Below, in pieces: positions 8,501-17,482 of a stretch of DNA of 64,000 nt; position 1 is the stretch's first letter, and each line of letters begins with the position of its first letter. The DNA is from Pseudomonadota bacterium. Its GTDB lineage: Bacteria > Desulfobacterota > Desulfobacteria > Desulfobacterales > JBDRRP01. The position numbers and the translations under genes are program-made. The notes under the pieces were generated by a model. That model was not told the DNA's origin. It did no database searches and was given only the letters and a program-made list of their open reading frames with translations. The stretch spans positions 1 to 64,000 of the forward strand of contig JBDRRP010000159.1 of the NCBI GenBank assembly GCA_043825735.1, read 5' to 3'.

Positions 8501-10237
8501 TCAATATTCTTTTTCTTCGTGATCTTCGTGTCCTTCGTGGTTCTCCCCCCTTCCGTCCCGCAGCCCCAGGGTGCCGCCGGGGTTCATGATGCCGCGGGGG
8601 TCGAAATGGGTTTTCAGCGTCTGCAGGACCGCCATCTGGGCGCTGCCCAGATGCGCCTTCATCCATGGGGCCAGCAGTTTTCCCACCCCGTGGTGGTGGC
8701 TCAGCGAGCCGCCGGCGGCGACGATTTCGGTGACGATGCCACGGTGGAAGGCACGAAAATCCGCCAGATCTCGAAACCGGCCGATGAAGATGAAATACAG
8801 GTTGGTCCCCTGGCCGTAAAAGTGGGAGCAGTGCGTCATGCAGACGGTATGAGGACGATTTTTCACAAAACGCCGCACCCGCTCGTGGACGGCCGCCAGC
8901 TGGTCCCAGGCCACACCGGTTTCCAGGGTGTCGATGCTGATGCCCAGATCATTCAAGTCTTCGCGCATATAAGGATCGCTGAAACGGCCGTGCTCCCACC
9001 GGCGCACCGGGTACCCGGTGGTGAAAACACCGCCGTGGCCGCGTGCGATGCGCCGGACCACGCGGTTGATGTTGCGCGAGAACCCGCGCTCGCCTTCGGT
9101 GCGGCCGATGCACAGGCAGCGGCTGCCGGGTTTGAGTCCTCGCGCTATGAGATACCGATCGACGGGCGTGCCGGCCAGACCGTAGTGGTGCATGGCCACA
9201 TCGGTTTCTTCGGGGTCCGATATTCTCAGCAGCGCCGGCATGCCGCATTCGGCCTGAGAGATGTCCCTCATGGCCGCCACGGCCGACGCCCATGTGGGAA
9301 AGATGAAACTGAAGCGTTTTCTGGTTTCCGGACGGTAGCGGAAGATCTTCATCGTCACGGCCACCACGACGCCAAAAGCGCCCTCGCTGCCCGTGAGGAT
9401 GTCGTTGACCTTGGGACCGGTGGCCGTTCCCGGATAGGGCAATGTAACGACTTCGCCGGCGGGGGTCACCACATCCTGGCCCACCACCAGATCGCAGGCA
9501 TCGCCGTAGTAGGAGGACAGCTGGCCGGAGCCCAGTGTGGCCACCCACCCGCCCACCGACGAGTGCTCGAAGCTCTGCGGGAAATGGCCGCCGGTGTAGG
9601 GGTGGGCAGCGCCCAGGCTCCGGGGGGCGGTGTTGAGCAGGCGCTCATAGGCCGGGCCCAGCATACCGGCTTCCACCGTCACGGTGCGGTTGGCTTCGTT
9701 GAGGGCCACCAGTCGATTCATGTGGGTCTGCATGACCAGAATGATGCCGCCGGCCGGACACTGGAGACCCAGGCACACGGAACTGCCGCCGCCATACACT
9801 GTGAGCGGGATACGCTCCCGGTGGCACCATTGCACCAGCGCCACCACATCACGGCGGCGCCGGGGATGCACCACGGCGTCGGCCACCGGATAGCCCTCGA
9901 GGGCGCCGGCGCGCAAGGTCAGTGCCTCCTCAGTGGTCTTGCCGGTGGAATGCCGCAGCCGGCCATACGTGGACGTATCCACGTTGGCGGCACCGGCCAA
10001 GTCGATGAGCGCGGCAAGCTGCTCTTTGGAAAGGCGTGAGGGCATCTGGGCCGCTACCGGTTGCTCTCCGGTCGCCCGGGGGCGGGTCTTGTCCCGGGCA
10101 TCCAGGGCAAGGGCCGTCGATAGATAGTCCATGAGCCGTCGACCCGGATGACTGAAACGCTCGGGGGCCCCCCATTTGAAAATGGATCGGTAGGAGCCCG
10201 CCTTCGGTGGTGCCGTCGTCCACTGGTGGTCTGTCAT
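8501..10237 (-). CDS. FAD-linked oxidoreductase, alkyl-dihydroxyacetone-phosphate synthase-like
   Basis: YGGGSSV, GHFPQSFEHSSVGGWVAT, GSEGAFGVV, RISDPEET, NLYFIF, SHHHGVG and DPRGIMNPG; ATG 10237 with CAGGAG RBS. Confidence 0.88.
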   Translation of the reverse strand: MTDHQWTTAPPKAGSYRSIFKWGAPERFSHPGRRLMDYLSTALALDARDKTRPRATGEQPVAAQMPSRLSKEQLAALIDLAGAANVDTSTYGRLRHSTGKTTEEALTLRAGALEGYPVADAVVHPRRRRDVVALVQWCHRERIPLTVYGGGSSVCLGLQCPAGGIILVMQTHMNRLVALNEANRTVTVEAGMLGPAYERLLNTAPRSLGAAHPYTGGHFPQSFEHSSVGGWVATLGSGQLSSYYGDACDLVVGQDVVTPAGEVVTLPYPGTATGPKVNDILTGSEGAFGVVVAVTMKIFRYRPETRKRFSFIFPTWASAVAAMRDISQAECGMPALLRISDPEETDVAMHHYGLAGTPVDRYLIARGLKPGSRCLCIGRTEGERGFSRNINRVVRRIARGHGGVFTTGYPVRRWEHGRFSDPYMREDLNDLGISIDTLETGVAWDQLAAVHERVRRFVKNRPHTVCMTHCSHFYGQGTNLYFIFIGRFRDLADFRAFHRGIVTEIVAAGGSLSHHHGVGKLLAPWMKAHLGSAQMAVLQTLKTHFDPRGIMNPGGTLGLRDGRGENHEGHEDHEEKEY

Positions 10238-10282
10238 GGGGTATCTCCTGAAGGTGTGACATTTCCAAACTATTAAATTTTT

Positions 10283-10600
10283 CGGTTCTCTATGAAGCTC
10301 CAGCTGTCCGGTGGCCCGGTCCATCGGCGCCCGGACACGCGGCATGAATGAGCCTGCCCGCCAAGGGCGCCCCGTGGTTGACGGGTGTTATCGAAATCGC
10401 TATCGGGATCAAAATCGCAATCGGCGGTTGCCGTTGCCACGGTGGCGGCAACTGGCGAACCAGGGACAAAATAATTGCCAACACCAACACCAACACCAAC
10501 ACCAACACCCGATACCGATAGCGATACCGATAGCGATTTCGATTTCGATGTTCACACGGCGTTGTTGTGCAAACGGAACGTATTTATGACAATGGCTATA
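10283..10600. repeat. Composite dispersed repeat (left part matches the 26000-26240 element; right end matches the 13147/63367 family)
   Basis: Near-identical to 26000-26240 over ~250 bp; (CAACAC)x5 and (GATASC)n tracts; ends ttgtgcaaacggaacgtatttatgacaatggctata. Confidence 0.92.
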
Positions 10601-10627
10601 TGCTCCGACTGGGGTTTGAGTTGTTTT

Positions 10628-10652
10628 GTAGGGGAGGGGTTTATCCCCTCCC
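10628..10652 (+). repeat. GTAG-type REP palindrome
   Basis: GTAG-gggagggg-ttta-tcccctccc; similar copy at 55908-55933. Confidence 0.75.
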
Positions 10653-10731
10653 TCAATCCGCAACGACTAATTTCATGTGTCCGATCTGTTCCTGCCCATT
10701 CACAAGCGAATTATGCATGATCGCCACCATG

Positions 10732-12273
10732 TCATGTCGGCGGGGCATACGCCCGGTTCCAGAGTGCAGTGTACGCAGCCGTTTCCTGCAGCCACCGCTC
10801 ATCATTCCATCCCAACCGGCTCTGACAGACGGCTTTGATTTGGCGCAGGTGTCCGCGTGCGCCGTCGGGCAGCAGCAGACCGATGCGCACCCGGCGCAAC
10901 AGAAGATCGTCCAGATGCCGGATCTGTTCGGTTTCAGCGGCCAGGGCCAGCTCTGCCCACAGGGTCGCGGTGCCGGGCACCGGTGCGAGAAGCTCGCGGT
11001 GGGTATCCGCCATCCGGCGCGCGGCCTTGAACCCGAACCGTGCCACCAGACGGCGCAGATGGGCCGTGTCGACCGATATTGCCTCAGGGGGCGCCTCGGC
11101 AGCCGGCGCCGGCGCGTCGGGGGTTTCGGGCGGCAGGTCGTGCGCGGCTTTGGCCAGGGCATCTGCCGCCAGTCGTCGAAAGGTGGTCAGTTTGCCGCCG
11201 GTGACGGTCACCAGGCGGTGTTCGGCCCAGACCCGGTGCTCGCGGGATTCATCGGACGGTGCCCGGCCGCCGTGGCTGAGCACCGGACGCACGCCGGCAA
11301 AGGATGACAGGGCGTCTTCCGTCTCGATCCTCAGACCCGGAAAAATAAACCGGACGCCATTGAGCAGGTAGCGGGCTTCTTCGATACTCACGGTGGGTTC
11401 GGTGGATAGATCCCCGTGGTGGTCCACATCCGTCGTCCCGACCAGAGTGGCGCCTTCCCAGGGGATGATGAACATGGACCGGTGGTCGGACGGGTGGACA
11501 AAACTGAGAGCCGTGCTCAGGGGAATCAACCGGCTGGGAAAGATCAGGTGGCTGCCTCGCAAGGGGCGAATGTGGCCGTTTTTGACCGGCGCCGGGTGGA
11601 TGGTCTCTGCCCACACACCGGTAGCGTTGATGACGCCGGCGGCGGTGAGCGTCCGGCGATGGCCGGTTTCGCTGTCCATGGCCACGATACCGGTGACATC
11701 CCCCCGGTGGTCGCGGCGGATCCGTTCGACCATGGTATAATTCAGCGCGCTGCCGCCCGCACGCAGTCCCTCGCCGATGAGATGCAGGACAAGCCGCGCA
11801 TCATCGGTCTGGGCATCGGTAAAAGTGAAGGCGCCCATGAGCGCCTCCGCACGCAGACCGGGAAGACGGGCTTGGGTCTCGGCAAGGTCCAGATAGCGGT
11901 GCTGCCAGCGGCCGGCCACCATGTCGTAGATGGAAAGGCCGGTCTCCAGGGCGAGTCGTCCCGGGCCGATGTCCTTGAACACGGGCACCGTAAAATGGAT
12001 GGGACTGACCAGATCCGGGATGGTCTCAAGCAGATATTCCCGTTCCTTGACGGCCTGGCGCATGAGCCCGAGCTGCCCCTGCTTGAGGTAGCGCAACCCG
12101 CCGTGGACCAGTTTTGAACTTCGACTGGATGTGCCCCAGGCGAAATCGCGGCGTTCCAACAGCAGGGTGCGCCAGCCGCGCCGGACCGCTTCATCAAAGA
12201 CACCGGCGCCGGTGATGCCGCCGCCGATGACGATGAGCTCCCAGTGGCCCGGTATGTCGCCCAGCGGATTCAT
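10732..12273 (-). CDS. glpD: FAD-dependent glycerol-3-phosphate dehydrogenase/oxidase family protein
   Basis: IGGGITGAG, DFAWGTSSRSSKLVHGGLRYL, DDARL, NATGVW, GTTD and GGKLTTFR; ATG 12273 overlaps the fadR stop. Confidence 0.9.
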   Translation of the reverse strand: MNPLGDIPGHWELIVIGGGITGAGVFDEAVRRGWRTLLLERRDFAWGTSSRSSKLVHGGLRYLKQGQLGLMRQAVKEREYLLETIPDLVSPIHFTVPVFKDIGPGRLALETGLSIYDMVAGRWQHRYLDLAETQARLPGLRAEALMGAFTFTDAQTDDARLVLHLIGEGLRAGGSALNYTMVERIRRDHRGDVTGIVAMDSETGHRRTLTAAGVINATGVWAETIHPAPVKNGHIRPLRGSHLIFPSRLIPLSTALSFVHPSDHRSMFIIPWEGATLVGTTDVDHHGDLSTEPTVSIEEARYLLNGVRFIFPGLRIETEDALSSFAGVRPVLSHGGRAPSDESREHRVWAEHRLVTVTGGKLTTFRRLAADALAKAAHDLPPETPDAPAPAAEAPPEAISVDTAHLRRLVARFGFKAARRMADTHRELLAPVPGTATLWAELALAAETEQIRHLDDLLLRRVRIGLLLPDGARGHLRQIKAVCQSRLGWNDERWLQETAAYTALWNRAYAPPT

Positions 12274-13001
12274 CGGCCGTTGGCCGGGACAAACCCGGCC
12301 TCCATGCGTTGCCAGATGCGGATGCTTTCGTTCATGGCGGCCGAGACAACGCTGGCCGTATCCTCCGGGTCCCAGGTCAGGGCAGCCTCCAGGCGGTGAT
12401 AAAAAGATGACGATGCCAGCCGCGCGTCGGTGGTGGCGAAATACGCCGGTGCCAGTTGGAAATATAGGTCTTTGAAGTCGTTGATGATGAGAAGAAACAG
12501 CGGGTTTTTCGACAGTTGGCACAGGCTTCGCTGCAGGCGCCAGTCGAAGTCGACCCATCGCTCCGGCGCGTGGCCCGGGGCCGGCGCTTCGCCTAACATT
12601 CGGCGCAGTTCGTCCGGGGCGTTGCGGGCGGCCGCGGCAGCGGCCGGCGGCAGGAAAACGGCCCTGAATTCGAGCAGGTCGGTAATGAACCGCTCCGGCA
12701 GGTGCTTCCCGTATCGGGCCAGGGTTCCCAGAAGCCCGAAGCCGCCCGTATCCCAGAAGTCGGCGACCCGGGTGGGTTTGCCGTGCCGGATATGCACCCA
12801 TCCTTCGCGGCCGAGCCGCTGGAGGGCCTCACGCAGTGTGGGGCGGGTGATGCCCATGGCCTCGGACAGCGCCCGTTCGGCGGGCAGGTCCGTGCCGGGC
12901 GCGTACGTCCCCTCCAGAATCCCGGTAATGATGTGGTCCTCGGCATATGCGGCGGGGTGCCGGAATCGCCTGATGCTGGGTGCGGTGTTGACTGATCTCA
13001 T
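12270..13001 (-). CDS. fadR: Acyl-CoA-responsive GntR-family regulator FadR
   Basis: LPAERALSEAMGITRPTLREALQRL and GWVHIRHGKPTRVADFW match E. coli FadR ([42 protein letters not shown]). Confidence 0.85.
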   Translation of the reverse strand: MRSVNTAPSIRRFRHPAAYAEDHIITGILEGTYAPGTDLPAERALSEAMGITRPTLREALQRLGREGWVHIRHGKPTRVADFWDTGGFGLLGTLARYGKHLPERFITDLLEFRAVFLPPAAAAAARNAPDELRRMLGEAPAPGHAPERWVDFDWRLQRSLCQLSKNPLFLLIINDFKDLYFQLAPAYFATTDARLASSSFYHRLEAALTWDPEDTASVVSAAMNESIRIWQRMEAGFVPANGR

Positions 13002-13007
13002 AGTGGT

Positions 13008-13041
13008 AAGAGGTCATACCAGTTGTGCGAGCTGCTGTCAA
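13008..13041 (-). promoter_or_regulatory. FadR operator overlapping the putative fadR promoter
   Basis: Minus-strand AACTGGTATGACCTCTT (13024-13008) resembles E. coli FadR boxes (e.g. ATCTGGTACGACCAGAT); TTGACA at 13041-13036. Confidence 0.7.
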
Positions 13042-13146
13042 CACGCGATGTATACTTTCCAGCCGGCGGTCGCCTGTGCGCTGTCGGGGAGGGGTTTACT
13101 TCCATTGCGCTGGCTTAGAGTGTTTATCGGAATAATGTCCCGTTTC

Positions 13147-13263
13147 ATCTTCAAGATCCTCTCGGGATCGAAATCGATGTTTTCCACGGCCGATAGCGAT
13201 TTCGATTTCGATGTTCATCAGGAGGTGTTGTGCAAAGGGAATGTATTATGACAATGGCGATAT
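13147..13263. repeat. Dispersed repeat, family ending TGACAATGGCTATA
   Basis: Aligns with 63367-63507 and 10543-10600. Confidence 0.85.
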
Positions 13264-13382
13264 CCATTGACAGCCATGGTAATAACCTAAATGAACAATG
13301 CTAAGCCTTCAATAATTCCCTCTTTAACCGTTTCTTCAGATCGGGTATGCAGGAGCCATTCATCTTTTTCCCGGAGGACGAC

Positions 13383-14444
13383 ATGAAATCGATACTGGTT
13401 ACCGGTGGCTGCGGGTTTATCGGCGCCAACTTCATCCGGTTTCTCTTTGAAGAGACCGATTACGACGGCGCCGTTGTGAACGTGGATGCGCTCACCTACG
13501 CGGGAAACCCCGAAAATCTTACCGACATCGCCGAAACCTTTCCTGGGCGCTACCGTTTCGAAAAGGCTGATATCTGTGATCGAGAGACCATGGCGCGGGT
13601 GTTCGATGCCTCCGGTGTGGACACGGTGTGCCACTTTGCCGCAGAGTCTCACGTGGATCGCTCCATCGCCGGTCCCGATGCCTTCATCCGCACCAACATC
13701 ACCGGGACCTTCACCCTGCTGGAGGCGGCCCGGGCGCGCTTGAACCGGATCCGGCGTTTTCATCATGTGAGCACCGACGAAGTATACGGCAGCCTCGGTG
13801 CCACCGGGTATTTTACGGAAGAAACACCCTACCAGCCCAGGAGCCCTTACTCGGCATCCAAGGCGGCATCGGATCACCTCGTTCATGCTTACCACCACAC
13901 CTACGGACTGCCCGTCACCGTCTCCAATTGTTCCAACAATTACGGCCCTTATCAGTTTCCGGAAAAACTGATTCCCCTCATGGTGCTCAACGCCCAGGCG
14001 GGAAAGACGCTGCCTGTTTACGGCGATGGGTGCAACGTGCGCGACTGGCTCTATGTGACCGACCACTGCCGCGCCATCTGGGCCATTCTCCGGCACGGCT
14101 GCGACGGCGAGACCTACAACGTGGGCGGAGACTGCGAGAAGAAAAACCTTGCCGTGGTGGAGACGATCTGCGATCTCATCGACACCGTGGCGCCGGATGC
14201 CGCACTGGGGTCGCGGCGCCGGCTCATCTCCTTTGTCACCGACCGCCCGGGCCATGACCGGCGCTATGCCATTGATTTTACCAAGATCAAAGCCGAACTG
14301 GGATGGGCGCCGGTCGAATCCTTCGACACCGGTCTGGAAAAGACCATCCGCTGGTACATGGATCACGCGGACTGGGTGGCGCGGGTCCAGAGCGGGGAAT
14401 ACCGGGAGTGGGTGCGTCGGCATTACGGCCAGGAAACCGTTTAG
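13383..14444 (+). CDS. rfbB: dTDP-glucose 4,6-dehydratase
   Basis: [41 protein letters not shown] and [10 protein letters not shown]. Confidence 0.97.
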   Translation: MKSILVTGGCGFIGANFIRFLFEETDYDGAVVNVDALTYAGNPENLTDIAETFPGRYRFEKADICDRETMARVFDASGVDTVCHFAAESHVDRSIAGPDAFIRTNITGTFTLLEAARARLNRIRRFHHVSTDEVYGSLGATGYFTEETPYQPRSPYSASKAASDHLVHAYHHTYGLPVTVSNCSNNYGPYQFPEKLIPLMVLNAQAGKTLPVYGDGCNVRDWLYVTDHCRAIWAILRHGCDGETYNVGGDCEKKNLAVVETICDLIDTVAPDAALGSRRRLISFVTDRPGHDRRYAIDFTKIKAELGWAPVESFDTGLEKTIRWYMDHADWVARVQSGEYREWVRRHYGQETV

Positions 14445-14479
14445 CTCCAGGGGTGTCAGCAGGCAGGTGGCGGATTTTT

Positions 14480-14566
14480 AACCACGGAGCCACGGAGAAC
14501 ACGGAGGTTTTTCATCAAAACCAATTGTGTTTTGTTTTCTCCGTGCCCTCCGTGGCTCCGTGGTGA
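14480..14566. repeat. Inverted nonamer-repeat hairpin (CACGGAG)x3 / (CTCCGTG)x3
   Basis: aaccacggagccacggagaacacggag ... ctccgtgccctccgtggctccgtggt. Confidence 0.9.
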
Positions 14567-14678
14567 TCAATACCTTGCGGGGAACGGTGGTCTTTGAGGT
14601 TATGTCTGGGTTTCGCGGATCAGTAGAATTTTATTTTAATGCAGTGAGTCCTCTTCATCTATTCAGAGGTCTGCGGGG

Positions 14679-15407
14679 ATGAAACATATGAAAATGCCAA
14701 GCGACTACATCACGTTTCCCCTGGACGTGGCCACCGCGCAGGAGGCCTGCCGGCTCACCGCCGATCTGGCCGGTGTCGTGGGGATGTTCAAGATCGGGCT
14801 GGAGCTCTTCGTGCGCTCGGGTCCCGCAGTGGTGCAGCAGGTGCGCTCGGCCGGGGCCAGACGTATTTTTCTGGACCTCAAGCTTCACGATATCCCCAAG
14901 ACCGTCGAGCGGGCGGCGGCGGCGGCCGCAGCCATTGGGGTGGACTATCTCACCGTTCACTGTGGTGAAGACAAGCGGTTGCTCGAGGCCGCTGTTGCCG
15001 GTGCCGCCGGGCGGCTCGGGGTGCTGGGGGTCACGGTGCTTACCAGCACCGGTGCCGCCGACCTCAAGGGGGCCGGATTCGGGCCGCCTTACGATACCGA
15101 TATCTTCGCTCTGGTGTGCCATCGCGCCGGCATGGCCATCGCCGCCGGCTGTGCGGGTATCGTGTGCTCAGGAATGGAGGTCGCGCGTCTGAAGGCCGTG
15201 TGGGGTAATGGATTTACGGCCGTGACGCCGGGGATCCGGCCGGCCTGGGAAGGGGTGGGGGCTGACGACCAGCGTCGCGTGGTCACGCCGGCCGAAGCGG
15301 TGCGCTGCGGCGCCGACTACCTGGTGATCGGTCGGCCCATCCGCAATGCCCCCGATCCGGTCGCCGCCGCCCGGCGGGTGGCCCGGGAAATCGCAGAAGC
15401 GCTGTAA
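14679..15407 (+). CDS. pyrF: Orotidine-5'-phosphate decarboxylase
   Basis: FKIGLEL, FLDLKLHDIPKTV, VTVLTS, TPGIRP and LVIGRPI. Confidence 0.97.
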   Translation: MKHMKMPSDYITFPLDVATAQEACRLTADLAGVVGMFKIGLELFVRSGPAVVQQVRSAGARRIFLDLKLHDIPKTVERAAAAAAAIGVDYLTVHCGEDKRLLEAAVAGAAGRLGVLGVTVLTSTGAADLKGAGFGPPYDTDIFALVCHRAGMAIAAGCAGIVCSGMEVARLKAVWGNGFTAVTPGIRPAWEGVGADDQRRVVTPAEAVRCGADYLVIGRPIRNAPDPVAAARRVAREIAEAL

Positions 15408-15417
15408 TTACAACGGC

Positions 15418-15564
15418 TCAATGTTGATGGTCCCATAAAAAGACCGAATCTCTCGCAAAGCCGCAGAGATCGCAAAGCTAAAAAATTAATATTAAAAACG
15501 TTTTTCTTGGCGCGCTTTGCGTCTTTGCGAGAAAATTGCTTTTTTACTGTTTCATCATCATTGA
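15418..15564. mobile_element. Degenerate MITE-like element of the same TIR family as 7976-8112
   Basis: tcaatgttgatggtcccataaaaag ... ctttttt-actgtttcatcatcattga with internal (CGCAAAG)n/(CTTTGCG)n. Confidence 0.6.
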
Positions 15565-15667
15565 GAATTGAACATTGCGTGTTGAGTATTGAGCCTTACG
15601 CTGGGCTCGCGTTGTTACTATCGTACCAGCCACTGGAGCATTCTGGATAAGCGTAAAAGTGATTTTG

Positions 15668-15738
15668 AACCACAGCGCAGAGAAAACTTCGAGAAATTAA
15701 AGACGCGCCTCTCTGCGCGCTCTGTGTCCTCTGTGGTG
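15668..15738. repeat. Nonamer-repeat hairpin
   Basis: aaccacagcgcagag ... ctctgcgcgctctgtgtcctctgtggt. Confidence 0.7.
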
Positions 15739-15761
15739 GTCTCGGGCTTTTCAAACAGCCA

Positions 15762-16997
15762 TCAGAGCGTTTGCCCGCCGTTGGGATGTTCAAGACCGAA
15801 GGCATTGTGCAGCACCCGTACGGCGAGCTCGGCGTATTTTTCGTCGATAACGCAGGAAATGCGGATTTCCGACGTGCTGATGAGGCGGATGTTGATGTTG
15901 TCGGCGGCCAGGGTGCTGAACATCTTGGCCGCCACCCCGGAATGGTTTCTCATTCCCACGCCGATGACAGACACTTTGGCGATGTCCTCCTTGCCCAGGA
16001 CGCCTTCGGCATGGAGGTTGGCGGCTACTTCAGTCGACAGTTCCATGGCGCGCTTGAATTCGGTGCGCGGCACGGTGAAGGTGATATCGTTGCGACCGTC
16101 GGTGGGTGAGGTCTGAATGATCATGTCCACAACGATACCCGCATCGGCCAGAGGGGTGAAGATCTTTGCCGCTACGCCCGGTTGATCCGGCACTTTGGCC
16201 ATGGTGATCCGGGCTTCCTTCTTGTCGCAGGTGACGGCGGACACCACCAGACGTTCCATGTCGGCATCTTCATTCATTACCATGGTTCCCTCCTCGTCGT
16301 TGAACGATGATCTCACGTGTACCTTTACGTTATATTTCTTTGCGAACTCCACAGAGCGGATCTGCAGGACTTTGGCTCCGAGACTGGCCATCTCCAGGGT
16401 TTCCTCATAGGAGATTTTTCTGATCTTGCGGGCCTTGTCGCAGATGTTGGGATCGGTGGTGTATATGCCGTCCACGTCGGTAAAGATCTCGCAGACGTCG
16501 GCTTTCATGGCGGCTGCGATGGCGACGGCCGATGTGTCCGATCCCCCTCGGCCCAGGGTGGTGATGTCCCCCCTGGGATCGCATCCCTGAAAGCCGGCCA
16601 CGACGACCACGTTGCCGGCGGCGATGTGCTGCTGAATCCGGTCGGTGCCGATGTCCACAATGCGGGCGTTTCCGAAGGCGCAGTCCGTGTGGACCTCGGC
16701 CTGGAAACCCAGCAGCGAGACCGCCGGAAACCCCATGGACTTGAGCATCATGGCCAACAGGGCCGAGGTGGTCTGCTCGCCGGTGGCCAGCAATACGTCC
16801 AGCTCGCGCTTGTCCGGCGCGTCAGTGACCTGGTGGGCCATGGAGATCAGGGTGTCGGTCACGCCGCTCATGGCCGACAGGACCACCACGATGTCGTGTC
16901 CCTGCTTGCGGTACCGGATGACCCGATTGGCAACGTTTCGAATGCGCTCGATATTGGCGACCGATGTGCCGCCGAACTTTTGAACGATGAGCCCCAT
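15762..16997 (-). CDS. lysC: Aspartate kinase
   Basis: VQKFGGTSV, AGFQG, TLGRGGSDTSA, TDVDG and two ACT domains (STSEIRIS); ATG 16997 with GAGGAG. Confidence 0.97.
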   Translation of the reverse strand: MGLIVQKFGGTSVANIERIRNVANRVIRYRKQGHDIVVVLSAMSGVTDTLISMAHQVTDAPDKRELDVLLATGEQTTSALLAMMLKSMGFPAVSLLGFQAEVHTDCAFGNARIVDIGTDRIQQHIAAGNVVVVAGFQGCDPRGDITTLGRGGSDTSAVAIAAAMKADVCEIFTDVDGIYTTDPNICDKARKIRKISYEETLEMASLGAKVLQIRSVEFAKKYNVKVHVRSSFNDEEGTMVMNEDADMERLVVSAVTCDKKEARITMAKVPDQPGVAAKIFTPLADAGIVVDMIIQTSPTDGRNDITFTVPRTEFKRAMELSTEVAANLHAEGVLGKEDIAKVSVIGVGMRNHSGVAAKMFSTLAADNINIRLISTSEIRISCVIDEKYAELAVRVLHNAFGLEHPNGGQTL

Positions 16998-17008
16998 GGG
17001 TATGCTCC

Positions 17009-17482
17009 TCAAATTAAATTTTTGGAGACCGCTTCTAACAAATTGTGCGGTTCAAGTCCATAGGCAGTCAGGGTGATCTCTCGCCCGTCGTCTTCGCAAA
17101 TGGCCAGATGAAGTCTCAGACAATCGGAAAGGGCGTCCGGGTGCAGGCGCTCGGGCCATTCAACCGCAAGGACCGCCGCCCCGCTGAGCAGCTCCTCCAG
17201 ACCGATGTCTTCGAGCGCCGTCTCTCCGGCGAGCCGGTAAAGATCGGCATGTGCCAGGCCGATGCGTCCGGGGTACTCGTTGACCAGGGTATAGGACGGA
17301 CTGGTGACCCGGTAGCCGGCCGGCACGCCAAGGCCCTTGGCAAGACCCTGCACCAGCGTGGTCTTGCCACTCCCCAGATCGCCGCTCAGGGCAATGACCA
17401 CGGGGCGGCGGCAGGCGGCACCGATCCGCCGGCCCAATTGAAAAGTGTCGTCGGCGTCCGGGCAGACGATGGTCACCGGCAT
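17009..17482 (-). CDS. tsaE: tRNA t6A biosynthesis ATPase
   Basis: GDLGSGKTT, SPSYTLVNEY, HADLYRL and VEWPE. Confidence 0.95.
   Translation of the reverse strand: MPVTIVCPDADDTFQLGRRIGAACRRPVVIALSGDLGSGKTTLVQGLAKGLGVPAGYRVTSPSYTLVNEYPGRIGLAHADLYRLAGETALEDIGLEELLSGAAVLAVEWPERLHPDALSDCLRLHLAICEDDGREITLTAYGLEPHNLLEAVSKNLI

Noticed and set aside
10290..10720. Low-complexity ORFs (QHQHQH, PTPTPT, WCWCWC)
   Set aside because: Translations of the CAACAC and GATASC tracts inside a dispersed repeat.
10732..12801. 689-aa extended GlpD
   Set aside because: The N-terminal ~175 aa overlap fadR in another frame; the true start is ATG 12273 (ATGA coupling).
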